Assembly (NCBI GenBank): GCA_051439605.1
Contig: JBFRWN010000056.1
Location: 1 to 45,892, forward strand
DNA from: Synechococcus sp.
Lineage (GTDB): Bacteria; Cyanobacteriota; Cyanobacteriia; Thermostichales; PCC-7336
Direction: 5' to 3'
DNA length: 45,892 bases
Of the stretch, positions 1-10,304 are shown in pieces. Below the pieces are notes generated by a model. The model saw only the letters and a list, made by a program, of their open reading frames with translations. It was not told where the DNA came from and did not search any database. Within the stretch, counting starts at the first letter, position 1; every line of letters begins with the position of its first letter. Position numbers and translations under genes: made by a program.

Positions 1-135
1 TGTCCCGTCTTCAGCCTATTAGTGCCGTTCTTCACCACTTGCTCGCTCTGACAATAAATACAGTTCATGCCCTGAAAGTCATACTGCATCTATATCCTAG
101 ATGTCACTCGCTAAGCAGACAGAGCCCGTTAGCGT

Positions 136-478
136 TTAGGTTAGCAGCCAAGTGATACAGATCGTGAATAAAGCTCCATTCGCAATTGTAAAGTTGCGCG
201 AATTGTCCATTGTTTCCTGCCAGTTTCCAAGGCAAATATCAAGGCCACAATGGGGTTGATTAATGGTACGACAATCATAGCACCGACAATTGTCGCAGCA
301 CTGTTAAAGAGGAGTCCAAGCTTTGCAATGACGCTGACACAAGCCAGCATGAAATAAAATTCAAAATATGGACTGGAAGCAACCTCAATTGAAAAAGTTA
401 TGGCTCAGATAAAACAGGCTCAATCAAAACATTAAAGAGAGTTTTGCTGAGCTGCCTAAAAAAATCGGCTACTTTCAC
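136..478 (-). pseudogene. DUF389-family membrane protein pseudogene (N-terminal fragment, paralog of 12568..13608)
   Basis: Translating across breaks gives VKVADFFRQLSKTLFNVLIEPVLSEP*...IEVASSPYFEFYFMLACVSVIAKLGLLFNSAATIVGAMIVVPLINPIVAL...IANGALFTICITWLLT*, colinear with the N-terminus of the intact DUF389 gene. It has an internal stop, two frameshifts and is truncated. Confidence 0.75.
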
Positions 479-560
479 GTTCGTCTCACTATTTTGAATC
501 ACATTTCTTGGACGGCAGACCTATTTTCGGGTTGCTAGATAATCCATTCAAAGAGTTATT

Positions 561-1358
561 TCATTCCAAGAGATCGGGTTCTTGGCGCACAATCATGTCG
601 TACAGAGGCTGAAAACTAAACCGTCCGATGGCATGAGACCCAACTTGGCTACAGGTTAAACGAGCGGTGTCAGGATCGATTGACACTGGTTGGCCAGCTG
701 CTTCAGCCATCAATTGAGCTTGGCAGGAGCGCTCCATTGTGATGAACCACCATGCAGCCTCATCTAATGACTTGCCAACAGTTAGTAAGCCGTGGTTGCG
801 CAAAATTGCGGCCTTGTTAGTACCCAGTGTATCAGCTAGGCGCTTGCCCTCTTGTGTATCTAAAACAACTCCGGTGTAGTCATCGAACAACGCATGGTCT
901 TCGTAAAAAGCACATGCGTCCTGGGTTAAGGGATCGAGCAAGCGACCCAGCGAAGACCAAGCTTTACCGTAAACAGAATGCGCGTGGGCTGCCGAGTTCA
1001 CATCGGGTCGGGCGAGGTGGATTTGGGAATGGATTGCAAAAGCGGCAGTATTGATAGGCTTGTTCCCTTTGATAACTTCACCGTTGCGATCGACCAGGAG
1101 CAAGTCAGACACGCGAATGTGGCCGAAGTACGTGCCTATAGGATTCACCCAAAAGCAATCCGGGAATTCCGGGTCTCGGACTGTGATGTGTCCCGCGATG
1201 CCTTCATCGAATCCGTAGCGGGCAAACAAGCGAAATGCAGCTGCCAATCTCTGTTTGAGATAATTTCGCTCCTCATCTACCCGCTCGAACGTCGGTGGTG
1301 TGGGAAAGTCTAATTGTGGCAAAGATTTACCTCCTGAAGGAATCTGGGACCGGTCCAA
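561..1358 (-). CDS. Class II aldolase/adducin family protein
   Basis: 265 aa with EGIAGHITVRDP, AFAIHSQIH, AAHAHS and ILRNHGLLT zinc-binding motifs typical of class II aldolase/adducin heads; TTG start uncertain. Confidence 0.88.
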   Translation of the reverse strand: MDRSQIPSGGKSLPQLDFPTPPTFERVDEERNYLKQRLAAAFRLFARYGFDEGIAGHITVRDPEFPDCFWVNPIGTYFGHIRVSDLLLVDRNGEVIKGNKPINTAAFAIHSQIHLARPDVNSAAHAHSVYGKAWSSLGRLLDPLTQDACAFYEDHALFDDYTGVVLDTQEGKRLADTLGTNKAAILRNHGLLTVGKSLDEAAWWFITMERSCQAQLMAEAAGQPVSIDPDTARLTCSQVGSHAIGRFSFQPLYDMIVRQEPDLLE

Positions 1359-1608
1359 ACTTTATTAGCGGTAGGGTAACACTTGTTCTGGATGCGTTCA
1401 TCCCGCTGGTCCCTGACCCGCCTTCGGTCCATCAGCATGTCCGGTTATCCCATTAAAAATACCAACGAAATACGACCCGGAAGTTTGCCACCTATCTTCA
1501 TCTCCCGATCCGCCTCCCACAGCTTCCTAGATGTTTTGATGGAAAGTGGAAGCTGTCAGTCTCTAGTCTGGCAGATAAAAATCTTTAAGTTGCGAGCAGC
1601 AAAGCACG

Positions 1609-2655
1609 ATGGCAAAAGCGAAGAAATCGGAAAAAGTGCCCAAGGCCATGCAGACAAAATTCAATCGCATCGTTGAAATAACCGATGCGTTTTGTCAAGA
1701 GCATCTAAACGATGAATACGCTCAGCTCATCCGTTCTGCCACTGCAGCCCTAGCTCGAAAACGTCCATCCCCTCTAACCAATGGCCTCCCCAAATCTTGG
1801 GCTAGCGGCATTACCCATGCGATCGGGATGGTCAACTTTTTGTTCGATCCAGCTCAGGATCCCTACTGCAGTGCCAAAGATTTGTACAAGTGGTTTGGGG
1901 TTGCTTCCAGCACCGGCCAAGGGAAATCCAAACAAGTGCGGGATCTGTTGGACATGAGTCAGATGGATCCCGATTGGTGTCTGCCTAGCATGCTCGATCG
2001 GAACCCAATGGCTTGGATGATTTCGGTCAACGGATTGATTGTCGATGCACGCTCGGCTCCGCGAGAATTTCAGAAAATTGCCTACGAGAAAGGTCTAATT
2101 CCCTATATCCCTGACGATGACAAGATAGGGGAGCTTAACGCAGCAGAACCGTCCGAAGCAGAACCGATCGTGCCCGGCTCTCCCGACGCTCTGTACAAAT
2201 TAGAGGTGTTTCTGATGGACGGTCCTGTAACAGAGCAGTTCGTAGAGAACAATCCAGTGGTGGCTCGCAGCATCTCCATCAAGGGGAGCAATACCCTGCA
2301 AGATCTCCATCAAATCCTATTCAAAGCGTTCGATCGCGAAGAAGAGCATCTGTACGAATTTCAAGTGGGTGGAAAAAGACCGAACGATCCTATTGCAAGA
2401 AGATATGGGTTGACGAGTGTGTTGATGGGGAGTCAAAGAGACATCGGGCTCGATGGAAATGTGGCGGACACGACGATCGCCTCTTTGGGGCTATCTGTTA
2501 ACCAATCTTTTGGCTATTGGTTTGATTTTGGTGACAGTTGGTGGCATCAGGTGAATGTACTGGAAATTGTTGATAAAGCCCCGAAAGGAAAGTATCCCAA
2601 AGTGACTGACAGAGAAGGAGATAGCCCACCTCAGTACGCCGATTTTGATGAATGA
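1609..2655 (+). CDS. DUF6398-like N-terminal domain fused to a plasmid pRiA4b ORF-3-like domain
   Basis: N-half TDAFCQEHLNDEY...LARKRPSPL...NFLFDP; C-half TLQDLHQILFKAFDREEEHLYEF...YWFDFGDSWWHQV...GDSPPQY, characteristic of pRiA4b ORF3. Confidence 0.75.
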   Translation: MAKAKKSEKVPKAMQTKFNRIVEITDAFCQEHLNDEYAQLIRSATAALARKRPSPLTNGLPKSWASGITHAIGMVNFLFDPAQDPYCSAKDLYKWFGVASSTGQGKSKQVRDLLDMSQMDPDWCLPSMLDRNPMAWMISVNGLIVDARSAPREFQKIAYEKGLIPYIPDDDKIGELNAAEPSEAEPIVPGSPDALYKLEVFLMDGPVTEQFVENNPVVARSISIKGSNTLQDLHQILFKAFDREEEHLYEFQVGGKRPNDPIARRYGLTSVLMGSQRDIGLDGNVADTTIASLGLSVNQSFGYWFDFGDSWWHQVNVLEIVDKAPKGKYPKVTDREGDSPPQYADFDE

Positions 2656-2802
2656 TTTGATATGGAGTTTTCAGTCATGACAGGGGTTTCCCTCTTATTT
2701 AAGAGGACTTCGCGATCTCACCCAACTTGAGCGAGTTTTGCGAGCGATCTTGATGGATTTTGGTGAGGATTTCAGCTTCAGCGATGCAAAATCTTACTGG
2801 AG

Positions 2803-3651
2803 TTACTCGGGTTGCTGAAGAGTCTCGGGAAACTCCTTCTCAACGTACTCCAGAACAGATCGAGAGGGAATAAATTCAATTTGATTGATATTGGTTTCCG
2901 CATTGGGATCGATCATAGATTTCAACACTTGGTCTAGAGAGACAACACTAATTTGTGTACTGTCGAGGACAGCAGCATTTTCGCCGCCGCTCGCACGTTC
3001 CAATGTTGCCTCTAAATCGTTGAGGTCAAAGAAGAATGGAACAACTTCGCTGCCGTTCGCTTCGATGGTCAGGACTCCTTCTTGAGACTCCCCAAAAAAC
3101 AAGGGAATACCAGGGAAACTTTCGACAGATTCTTCCACCTCTCCACTCTCATTGAATATTGAGGTGGCTGTCTCCAACGTTTTCGCATCAGGTAAGAAGC
3201 TGAAGGTGATTTCGCCATTCTTTGCCCGCTCGTTACTAGCCAAACGCATGGCTTTGGTTAAAGATATGACAATCAAGCGAGCTTGGGCACTCATCTCAGA
3301 ATTAGTCTTGCGAATGTTATCCAATGCAGTTTGTGCGGCATTGTGATCCAGCCAAAACACAATCACTTGTACGGATTCCCCCTCCCGATCGACTGTGGCA
3401 ATCACTGGGGCGTTGTCCTCTGACACAACGGCAAATACCGGTACGGAACTCAGGCGCTCTGCCACTTCTTCTTGGGTGAGGGGGCCAGCTTCATCTGCCT
3501 GGCCCACGATCGAGGGACTCGTTCCCTCGCGAACGCGCTCGGAATATTGTGGGGTGTCTGAAGCTTCTTGGGTGGCTGACAGCGCGGATGATGAGGCGAT
3601 CGCGATGCTACAGGCGACAAGCATAAATGCCAGACATTGCATGGGTTTCAT
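2803..3651 (-). CDS. Tic22 family periplasmic chaperone
   Basis: Signal peptide after ATG 3651 (MKPMQCLAFMLVACSIAIA); L..VPVFAV, FPGIPLF, VPFFFDLNDL and EFIPSR motifs of cyanobacterial Tic22. Confidence 0.75.
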   Translation of the reverse strand: MKPMQCLAFMLVACSIAIASSSALSATQEASDTPQYSERVREGTSPSIVGQADEAGPLTQEEVAERLSSVPVFAVVSEDNAPVIATVDREGESVQVIVFWLDHNAAQTALDNIRKTNSEMSAQARLIVISLTKAMRLASNERAKNGEITFSFLPDAKTLETATSIFNESGEVEESVESFPGIPLFFGESQEGVLTIEANGSEVVPFFFDLNDLEATLERASGGENAAVLDSTQISVVSLDQVLKSMIDPNAETNINQIEFIPSRSVLEYVEKEFPETLQQPE

Positions 3652-4179
3652 TAGATTTCCTTTCATCACGAAGAACAGGCTAGCGTTCAAACAGGTTGGC
3701 TGCCTACCTCTGCACAAAACTCCCAAGCCTACAAATATGACTTATGCTATTACAAAATTGTTTCGCAGATCTTGGTATGCGCTCTTTCTGACAGCAATTC
3801 TTGAAAAGCCATGCGATGGCCCCACCAAATCGGCCCGTAGGGTTGCATCGCTTCATGTCGCTGGAGTTCGTATCCCCCTTGCCTGCCAATCGCCTATTCT
3901 TCCTCGGTATAGTTCAAAACCTGCCTATAGTGCTCTCTGCTAGAGCAGAGACAGTAAACTTCATCCAAAATATAAACACTCGATCAGTCAAGGATGTGAA
4001 AAAGCATCAAGACAGTGATGCATTGATTTACTTTCCACAGCTGACTTTTGCAGTGGTGATGACATCGGATTTCCCTCCCGATGTTCGTACGTTATTACTG
4101 TCCTCTTATTCAATACTCCCATCGGCTGATTCCCGATGAATCTAGAGTTGGAGTGATTGCAAATAAAGGCTTGAAGAAT

Positions 4180-5043
4180 TTAACACTCTTCTTCCTGACC
4201 GAGCAACTGAGTGAGTTGTTTCAACCCTTTCTTCACTTGACGACAAACCATTACCACGCTGAGATTTAAGCGGACAGCCGTCTCCTTCTGGGTGAGGTCG
4301 TGCAAGAACACAAACTCCAGAACCTTGCGGGTGCGATCCTCCAACTGAGACATTGCCTGACTCAAGCGAATTCGATCTTCTTGAGCAAGCTGAAAGCTTT
4401 GATAACGGGCATCGGGAACGAGATCTCCAAAGGAATTTCCTTCATTATCGGACTGGCCTAGCGGTGCATCTAGGCTTAGGGTTGATTGATTTTGCCTTGC
4501 CAGCTTAAATTGCTCCCACTCTTCGGGGGTCAGTTCCATGGCTTCCCGAAGCTCATCATCGCTGGGGGAGCGTCCCAAATCCTGAAGTAAATGCGCAGCT
4601 TCTCTCTTGCTGCGATGCAGCAACTCCGACCATTTACGAGGAATTTTGACAGTAGGGCTTTTATCTCTTAAATAATGTTGGATTTCACCGCGAATGTAAG
4701 ATATGGCAAACGAGCTAAATGCATAGCCGCGGGTCACATCAAACCGCTCGATAGCATGAATTAAACCAATACAGCCAATTTGGAGTAGGTCGTCAAAGGA
4801 TTCCTGGCACTGGTTTTTCCAGTGATAGGCTTCTTTACGTGCTAAGCCCAGATTCATCTCTACTAAACGGTTTCGAATCGCAGCCGAATGAGTTTCTCTG
4901 TACTGTTGTAGCAGTTCCAGTGTTTTTGCTTTCAAGTCCAAGGACGAAGAAGCAGCAGACTGTTTTGATGAATTGCTTCTTTGAGCTGCCTGATTTTTAT
5001 TGACAGAACGCGATGGAGGACTGACACTTTGGATCATTACCAT
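4180..5043 (-). CDS. sigF: Group 3 RNA polymerase sigma factor, SigF-type
   Basis: RNRLVEMNLGL, DLLQIGCIGLIHAIERFD, FSSFAISYIRGEIQHYLRDK, SLDAP and region-4 LTQKETA; YQSFQLAQEDRIRL is typical of cyanobacterial SigF. Could be a SigF paralog. Confidence 0.8.
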   Translation of the reverse strand: MVMIQSVSPPSRSVNKNQAAQRSNSSKQSAASSSLDLKAKTLELLQQYRETHSAAIRNRLVEMNLGLARKEAYHWKNQCQESFDDLLQIGCIGLIHAIERFDVTRGYAFSSFAISYIRGEIQHYLRDKSPTVKIPRKWSELLHRSKREAAHLLQDLGRSPSDDELREAMELTPEEWEQFKLARQNQSTLSLDAPLGQSDNEGNSFGDLVPDARYQSFQLAQEDRIRLSQAMSQLEDRTRKVLEFVFLHDLTQKETAVRLNLSVVMVCRQVKKGLKQLTQLLGQEEEC

Positions 5044-5326
5044 TCAATCTCCCGTTATCCCTTATATAAAGATGCGTGGGATGAATTCCAAGCAAGAACG
5101 CTTAAGAACCCTTGAGCGCCTTAAGCTGCCAACAACGAGGATAAGAATAAAATGTGAAGTTTTTGCGAATGGCGAAGTATAAAACTTTCATAAACATGAA
5201 GTTTGTATGAAGTTGCGACAGGATGATCTTGGCAGATTGGGGTTGAGTGGGATGAGATCTTGCACTGTTCATCCAAACCAGGGCATCATTCGAGCACTCC
5301 AAAGCAGCTCCAATAGATACCGGTAG

Positions 5327-5460
5327 TCAATAGTGTTTTTTGGTAGGAAGCCAGTTCTCAAGAGTCAGGTTGGAGATGTTTTCAAAGTGACGGGTATTGT
5401 CAGTCACCAGTCCATCCTGTTGGGAACGAGCGACTGCAGCAATTAAGGTATCAACTTTTG
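5327..5460 (-). pseudogene. PIN-domain (VapC-like) toxin C-terminal remnant
   Basis: DTLIAAVARSQQDGLVTDNTRHFENISNLTLENW matches the VapC C-terminus; the upstream frame lacks the N-terminal DTN motif. Confidence 0.65.
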
Positions 5461-6237
5461 CTGTGAGTCTACTGCCTCGCAGAGGGTCGCTCGCCTCCGA
5501 ACTAATGCTCCGCTTAACCCATCCCCGATAATTGATTGCTGAGATTATTCTTGCTCTGCTCCTAAAAGCGCTCATAACAGCAGATCTTGCCATTAAAGTA
5601 AAATAATATATATACAATTAAGATTCTTGTACTGATTTCTGGGTGCAATTATGACCCAACTCCTGTCTTCTTAATATGAGATTCATACAACGTTCTGAGT
5701 TTATAAAAGACAAATGAAATTCCTTCTTATCCTCGGGAACTTTTTAGGGAGTACAGGTTTATGGAGCAATGTCTGATGTACACAAAAAGCGCAAAGTCGA
5801 TCCTGCTTGAATCTATGAGATGTAAAATTCTATCGATTGAAAGCTGTAAATACTTACAAGCTTTGAAGTCTCAAGTAGATCTAGATATTGAAGATAGGCT
5901 GGCTATCTGCATATTAGAGCAGTCTGTCTGGAATGGTGATATTGAGATTGAAGACTAAAGTCAACATTCATCGAGCGAAGAAATCTCATGAAATAAACAA
6001 AAGAAGCCGGAGTTTACCCCTTCTGCTAAACTTTATTTCACTTGATACCTAGTTTTAGGGAAGTCATTGATTCTCAGTCAACATCCCGGATAGTTTTTTA
6101 CAGAGTCTTGCGGCAAGCTAAGTAGAATACTTTCTGCAATCGCTATGATAGTCCTAGAGCAACCTGACAATATCGAGCAAACCAGCTTCTAAATCCGTTG
6201 CTACTGCAGTTGGGCCATTAGAACAGGATATAAAACG

Positions 6238-6900
6238 ATGTCGCTAACCCCTTCGACAATGTTGGAGCTGGGCACTCCAGCCCCCGATTTTCAGTTGCCT
6301 GACACGGTATCTGGCAAGAAGATCTCCCTGGCCGATTTCTCAAATCGACAAGCGCTATTGATCGTATTTGTCAGTCAGCACTGTCCGTTCGTGAAGCACG
6401 TTCGAGAGGAACTAGCCAGAATTGGGCGCGATTACGCAGATAAAAGCATCGGTATCGTTGCCATCAGCGCCAACGATGTAACCAAATACCCGGATGATGC
6501 TCCCGAGAAATTGAAGTGGATGGCTGAAACTTTGGAGTTTACGTTCCCTGTTTGCTATGACGAAAGCCAAACAGTTGCCAAAGCCTACAAAGCTGCCTGT
6601 ACGCCGGACTTCTTTCTGTTCGATGCCGAATGCAAATTAGTGTATCGGGGGCAGTTGGATGGCAGTCGGCCGGGAAACAACGTGCCGGTCGATGGGCGCG
6701 ATTTGCGGGCGGCAATTGATGCGGTGTTGGCGGGCCAAGCTGTACCCTTCGACCAAAAGCCGAGTATTGGCTGCAACATCAAGTGGAAGGCTGGGAACGA
6801 ACCCACCTACTATACGGGAGCTGCTCAGCGAAAAGGAATATTGAATTTCATTAGGGATCAACTCAGGCCTCGCCTTCAATGGCTCAAGTCTAATCGATGA
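6238..6900 (+). CDS. Thioredoxin-fold AhpC/TSA family protein
   Basis: LGTPAPDFQLPD, HCPFVKH, AISAND, AACTPDFFLFD, YRGQLD, SIGCNIKWK motifs. Confidence 0.88.
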   Translation: MSLTPSTMLELGTPAPDFQLPDTVSGKKISLADFSNRQALLIVFVSQHCPFVKHVREELARIGRDYADKSIGIVAISANDVTKYPDDAPEKLKWMAETLEFTFPVCYDESQTVAKAYKAACTPDFFLFDAECKLVYRGQLDGSRPGNNVPVDGRDLRAAIDAVLAGQAVPFDQKPSIGCNIKWKAGNEPTYYTGAAQRKGILNFIRDQLRPRLQWLKSNR

Positions 6901-6921
6901 ATTCTAAGTTCGTTACTGAGT

Positions 6922-6950
6922 AAAGCCGGGTAACACTATCTGGCTTTTCT
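6922..6950 (+). terminator. Possible intrinsic terminator between convergent genes
   Basis: AAAGCCGG...CTGGCTTT stem (one G-U pair) ending in TTTTCT, just after the thioredoxin-like stop codon. Confidence 0.35.
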
Positions 6951-7038
6951 ATGCAGTTTAAATACTTCCTCAATACCCATCGTATTGAAATCGCACAGAA
7001 GCAAGAGAATCGTTGAGTTATCTCGGATTACGGCACCA

Positions 7039-8229
7039 CTAGATACGAGCTTCTACTAACGCTCCGATCTCGCCTCGGAAAAGTTTTATGGGGTTGTTGC
7101 GATTCTTAGTACTATCCAAAATCTTCTCTAAATCGGCAGGTTGTAAGCCATATTCACCGAGTCGAGGAATTTCTAACTGTTGAGTCCAATCTTCCAGAGT
7201 ATCCACCAGTAACTGCACGTAAAAAGCGTCGGTTTTCCCCTGTTCGTCAGTCAGCAATCGTCCGACCCGAGCCAACTTGGAAACAGCTGGGTTGTTAGGC
7301 TCCCTCTCTTGCATAGCCTGCCAGTTAGCCCTGAGTGCCGATGCCATCAGAGTGCCGCAGACCACACCGTGAGGAATTGGGTAATACCCCCCAATGGGGG
7401 AGGCCAGTCCGTGAACGATGCCTAGGCCGGCATTGGCCAGAGCGATACCAGAACACAGAGAGGCATAGGCCATGGATTCTCGCACCCCAATGTCGCCGGA
7501 CTGTTCCCCGCAGGCGGGAAGCAAGTTGGGAATGAGGTGTTCTAGGCCGCTCCAGGCGATCGCGTCTGTCAGGGGGGAAGCCGTTGGAGACAGAAAGGGT
7601 TCCAGCAACTGGGTAAACGCATCCAACCCACAGGCTGCGGTAACATTTCGGGGGCAGGAGGCAAGCAGGGTTCCATCGACGATAACAGCATCAGGAATCA
7701 AATTGTCGTGACGCAGGGACTTCTTGTACCCGTTCGGTCCAACGTTGCTAATGACGGCATTTTTGGTGACCTCTCCCCCCGTACCCGAGGTGGTGGGGAT
7801 GGCGATGAAGGGCACCTTGTCACCGCTGTGGGGGATTCCTCGCCCCACCCCTTCCAGATGATCCAGAATCGAGTTGCTGTGGGGCAGCATGGCGGAAATA
7901 GCTTTTCCCATATCGATCGCACTACCCCCACCGATGCCTACAACGGCATTAATACCTCGATCGCGATAGTCTCTACAGATACGATCTACTTCGTGGGTGC
8001 TGGGTTCGTTCCGACACTCTACCCGCTCAAACTGAATGTCGGCCCCATCGAGCATCTGGCAGATTTCCGAAAGTTTGCCAGATGCCTCTAACGAGTGCCC
8101 TCCAGTGATCAGCAGAATGGCCTGACTGTTGTAGGCCTTCAAGAGCGGCACTAATTGCTGAAGTTTGCCGGTGCCGAAATGTATGGGTGGAACTTTGGCA
8201 AAAAAGAAGGAGGAAATGGGGGCTGACAT
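7039..8229 (-). CDS. Iron-containing alcohol dehydrogenase
   Basis: GIGGGSAIDMGKA, IPTTSGTGGEVTKNAVI, DAFTQLLE, GIVHGLA, PHGVVCG; ATG 8229 chosen because the longer ORF overlaps the upstream gene. Confidence 0.9.
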   Translation of the reverse strand: MSAPISSFFFAKVPPIHFGTGKLQQLVPLLKAYNSQAILLITGGHSLEASGKLSEICQMLDGADIQFERVECRNEPSTHEVDRICRDYRDRGINAVVGIGGGSAIDMGKAISAMLPHSNSILDHLEGVGRGIPHSGDKVPFIAIPTTSGTGGEVTKNAVISNVGPNGYKKSLRHDNLIPDAVIVDGTLLASCPRNVTAACGLDAFTQLLEPFLSPTASPLTDAIAWSGLEHLIPNLLPACGEQSGDIGVRESMAYASLCSGIALANAGLGIVHGLASPIGGYYPIPHGVVCGTLMASALRANWQAMQEREPNNPAVSKLARVGRLLTDEQGKTDAFYVQLLVDTLEDWTQQLEIPRLGEYGLQPADLEKILDSTKNRNNPIKLFRGEIGALVEARI

Positions 8230-8243
8230 AAGTGGATTGCACG

Positions 8244-8534
8244 TTATGGGGCAATAACCGTATACGGAATTCCTTTGCGAGGTTCTGCCATCCAGGGGGC
8301 CACGGATTCTCGCCATGCCAGGTAGTGGTTGGTTTGCTTGTGGGCGGCCGCTCCCGCCTCGCTCTCGTAGGCTTCGTAAAGGATGAAGCAAGTCGGGTCA
8401 TCTTTGTCTTGCAGGATATCGAAACGGCGATTCTCAGCCTCCTGGATAGAACCCTGATGGTTTAACACGGACGCTTCAATAAAGTCCTCTACATGCTCTG
8501 GCTTTACCCGCACATGGACACAAGTAACGATCAT
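8244..8534 (-). CDS. Antibiotic biosynthesis monooxygenase (LsrG-like) dimeric barrel protein
   Basis: MIVTCVHVRVKPE...NRRFDILQD...FILYEAY...AAHKQTNHYLAWRESVAPWMAEPR; lies 14 bp upstream of the Fe-ADH start. Confidence 0.85.
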   Translation of the reverse strand: MIVTCVHVRVKPEHVEDFIEASVLNHQGSIQEAENRRFDILQDKDDPTCFILYEAYESEAGAAAHKQTNHYLAWRESVAPWMAEPRKGIPYTVIAP

Positions 8535-8699
8535 CTGATTATTTCACTCACTTGATGATAAAGTCCTCAAATTGTAAATACTCGACTGAGAACCTACCTT
8601 TTGCGTATTCCACAGAAAGAATGCTGATTTTCTCTCGAAACATCTCTCGGACTGTAACCCACTGAGTTGAACTAGCCCGGAAGATTGAATCGACATGGA

Positions 8700-9074
8700 T
8701 CAACAGGTCGAGTGAAAGAGTCCGCCAACGGGCTGCGAGCGCTGAAGTTCGTTGTAGATTCGTACTGCTTCCTGGGTTGGATGGACGTGGAAAGAAACAC
8801 CACGGGATTTGAGCATTTCAAGAGTCTGGGGACAGACCTGAAGGCGCTTCCACATGCCCTTTGAGAGGACGACGGCAGTCGCTCCACGATCGAGGAGCTC
8901 CTCGACATCCGCGGGCTGGATCCCGGGGATATGACGGGTACCGGTTTCAGTCCAGTTCCATTCGCGCGCTCCACCGGGGAACAACTTCGCGTCCTTGAAC
9001 GAACGCCCGTTCTCGATTTCAAGGTGGCCCCATGATAGGTGCGTAATGCGAGGTGAGGAGGCGGTTTGGTTCAT
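8700..9074 (-). CDS. Mth938-like (DUF498/AAMDC) protein
   Basis: SPRITHLSWG, FKDAKLFPGGAREWNWTETGTRH.PGIQPADVEELL and C-terminal GGLFHSTC are diagnostic. Confidence 0.88.
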   Translation of the reverse strand: MNQTASSPRITHLSWGHLEIENGRSFKDAKLFPGGAREWNWTETGTRHIPGIQPADVEELLDRGATAVVLSKGMWKRLQVCPQTLEMLKSRGVSFHVHPTQEAVRIYNELQRSQPVGGLFHSTC

Positions 9075-9365
9075 TGGGTGGCCCTCGCAGCTAGAGACCC
9101 AAAGTTCAGTTGAGCGGTGTGCGAGTCAGTTGAACTTGCACCCCTATTCTAATGAACTACCCTGCCGCAAGCGGACGGGGTAGTTCGTTGTGCATCCCAT
9201 GAAGGCATGGAGAAGACAATTCAAACTAAGCAAGCACACCCCCAAAACCTTGAGTGATATGTAGGTTCATCACTTCAAGCCAAGCCATCCAGTAGCCTGT
9301 GCTTAGATTGAGAACTATTGCTCCTTGCAACACTCTCAAGCCCATTCGTTCAAGGTTCGCGCATT

Positions 9366-10286
9366 ATGAGACAAGTTATCCTTACGAGCATTCTCAGCAG
9401 TCTCTGTCTGCTCGCCATCCCAGCAGGAGTAAATGCTGAAACGGTTGTAGAAAAAGTTGCTCGAACTGGAGTCCTTACTGCCGGGACCCGATCGGATGCC
9501 GTCCCATTTGCCTATACCGACGATGCGGGAGAATGGGTTGGTTTCTCCATTGACCTGTTAGAAAATATTCGGTTGCAGCTAGAAGTAGAACTGGATCGCG
9601 ATATTGAATTAGAACTGGTCGAAGTCGATATCGACGAGAGCATTCCGATGGTCCGTAACGGCGAAATCGATATTCTCTGCGGTATCACCAGCTTTAGCTG
9701 GGAGCGCGATCGCTACATCGACTTTTCGCTCGGGTACTTTCCCACCGGCACTCGCCTGCTGGTCAGTGCGGACAGCACCATCGATGGCACCGACGAATCC
9801 CTCGTGGGCGCTCAAATTGGCATCGTTCCCAACAGCATCAGCGGGCAGGCGATCGCCTTGGTGCAGCCCGAAGCTGATGTCATCGAAATGACGTCAAAAG
9901 AAGAAGTCCTGACCGGTTTATTGAATGGCGAACTGGATGCCTTTGCCTTTGACGGCATCATCCTAGAAGCAGCTCGGAGAAACATCGACAACCCCGACGA
10001 CTTCACCGTTATTCCTGCCTATCCCGCACCACCGTACAACCGCCAGAACCTTGCCTGCATGGTGCCCGAAGGCAACTCCAAATTCCTAGACTATACGAAC
10101 TTCGCGATCGCCCAGTTTATGATGGGTGTGCTCACCGAAGATGAGTTCTTCCTGTCCCAATTTGAAAGCTCCTTTGGAGAAAACGGTGCCTTTCCACTCG
10201 GTCCCGTCCGCGAGTTTGTTCTGGACTATTTCAGAAGCGTGATTAATATGCGCGAGCAAATTAATTTGGATCGTAATGCCGAGTAA
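9366..10286 (+). CDS. grrP: Extracellular substrate-binding-like orphan protein GrrP (SBP family 3 fold)
   Basis: Signal peptide, then AETVVEKVARTGVLTAGT, PFAY, SFSWERDRYIDFSLGY; convergent with a GrrM/GrrA pair and no permease nearby. Confidence 0.8.
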   Translation: MRQVILTSILSSLCLLAIPAGVNAETVVEKVARTGVLTAGTRSDAVPFAYTDDAGEWVGFSIDLLENIRLQLEVELDRDIELELVEVDIDESIPMVRNGEIDILCGITSFSWERDRYIDFSLGYFPTGTRLLVSADSTIDGTDESLVGAQIGIVPNSISGQAIALVQPEADVIEMTSKEEVLTGLLNGELDAFAFDGIILEAARRNIDNPDDFTVIPAYPAPPYNRQNLACMVPEGNSKFLDYTNFAIAQFMMGVLTEDEFFLSQFESSFGENGAFPLGPVREFVLDYFRSVINMREQINLDRNAE

Positions 10287-10304
10287 TGCCTGCTTGCGTG
10301 CTAC

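Noticed and set aside
5761..5958. 65-aa ORF in an AT-rich intergenic region
   Set aside because: No recognisable motif; cannot be supported as a gene.
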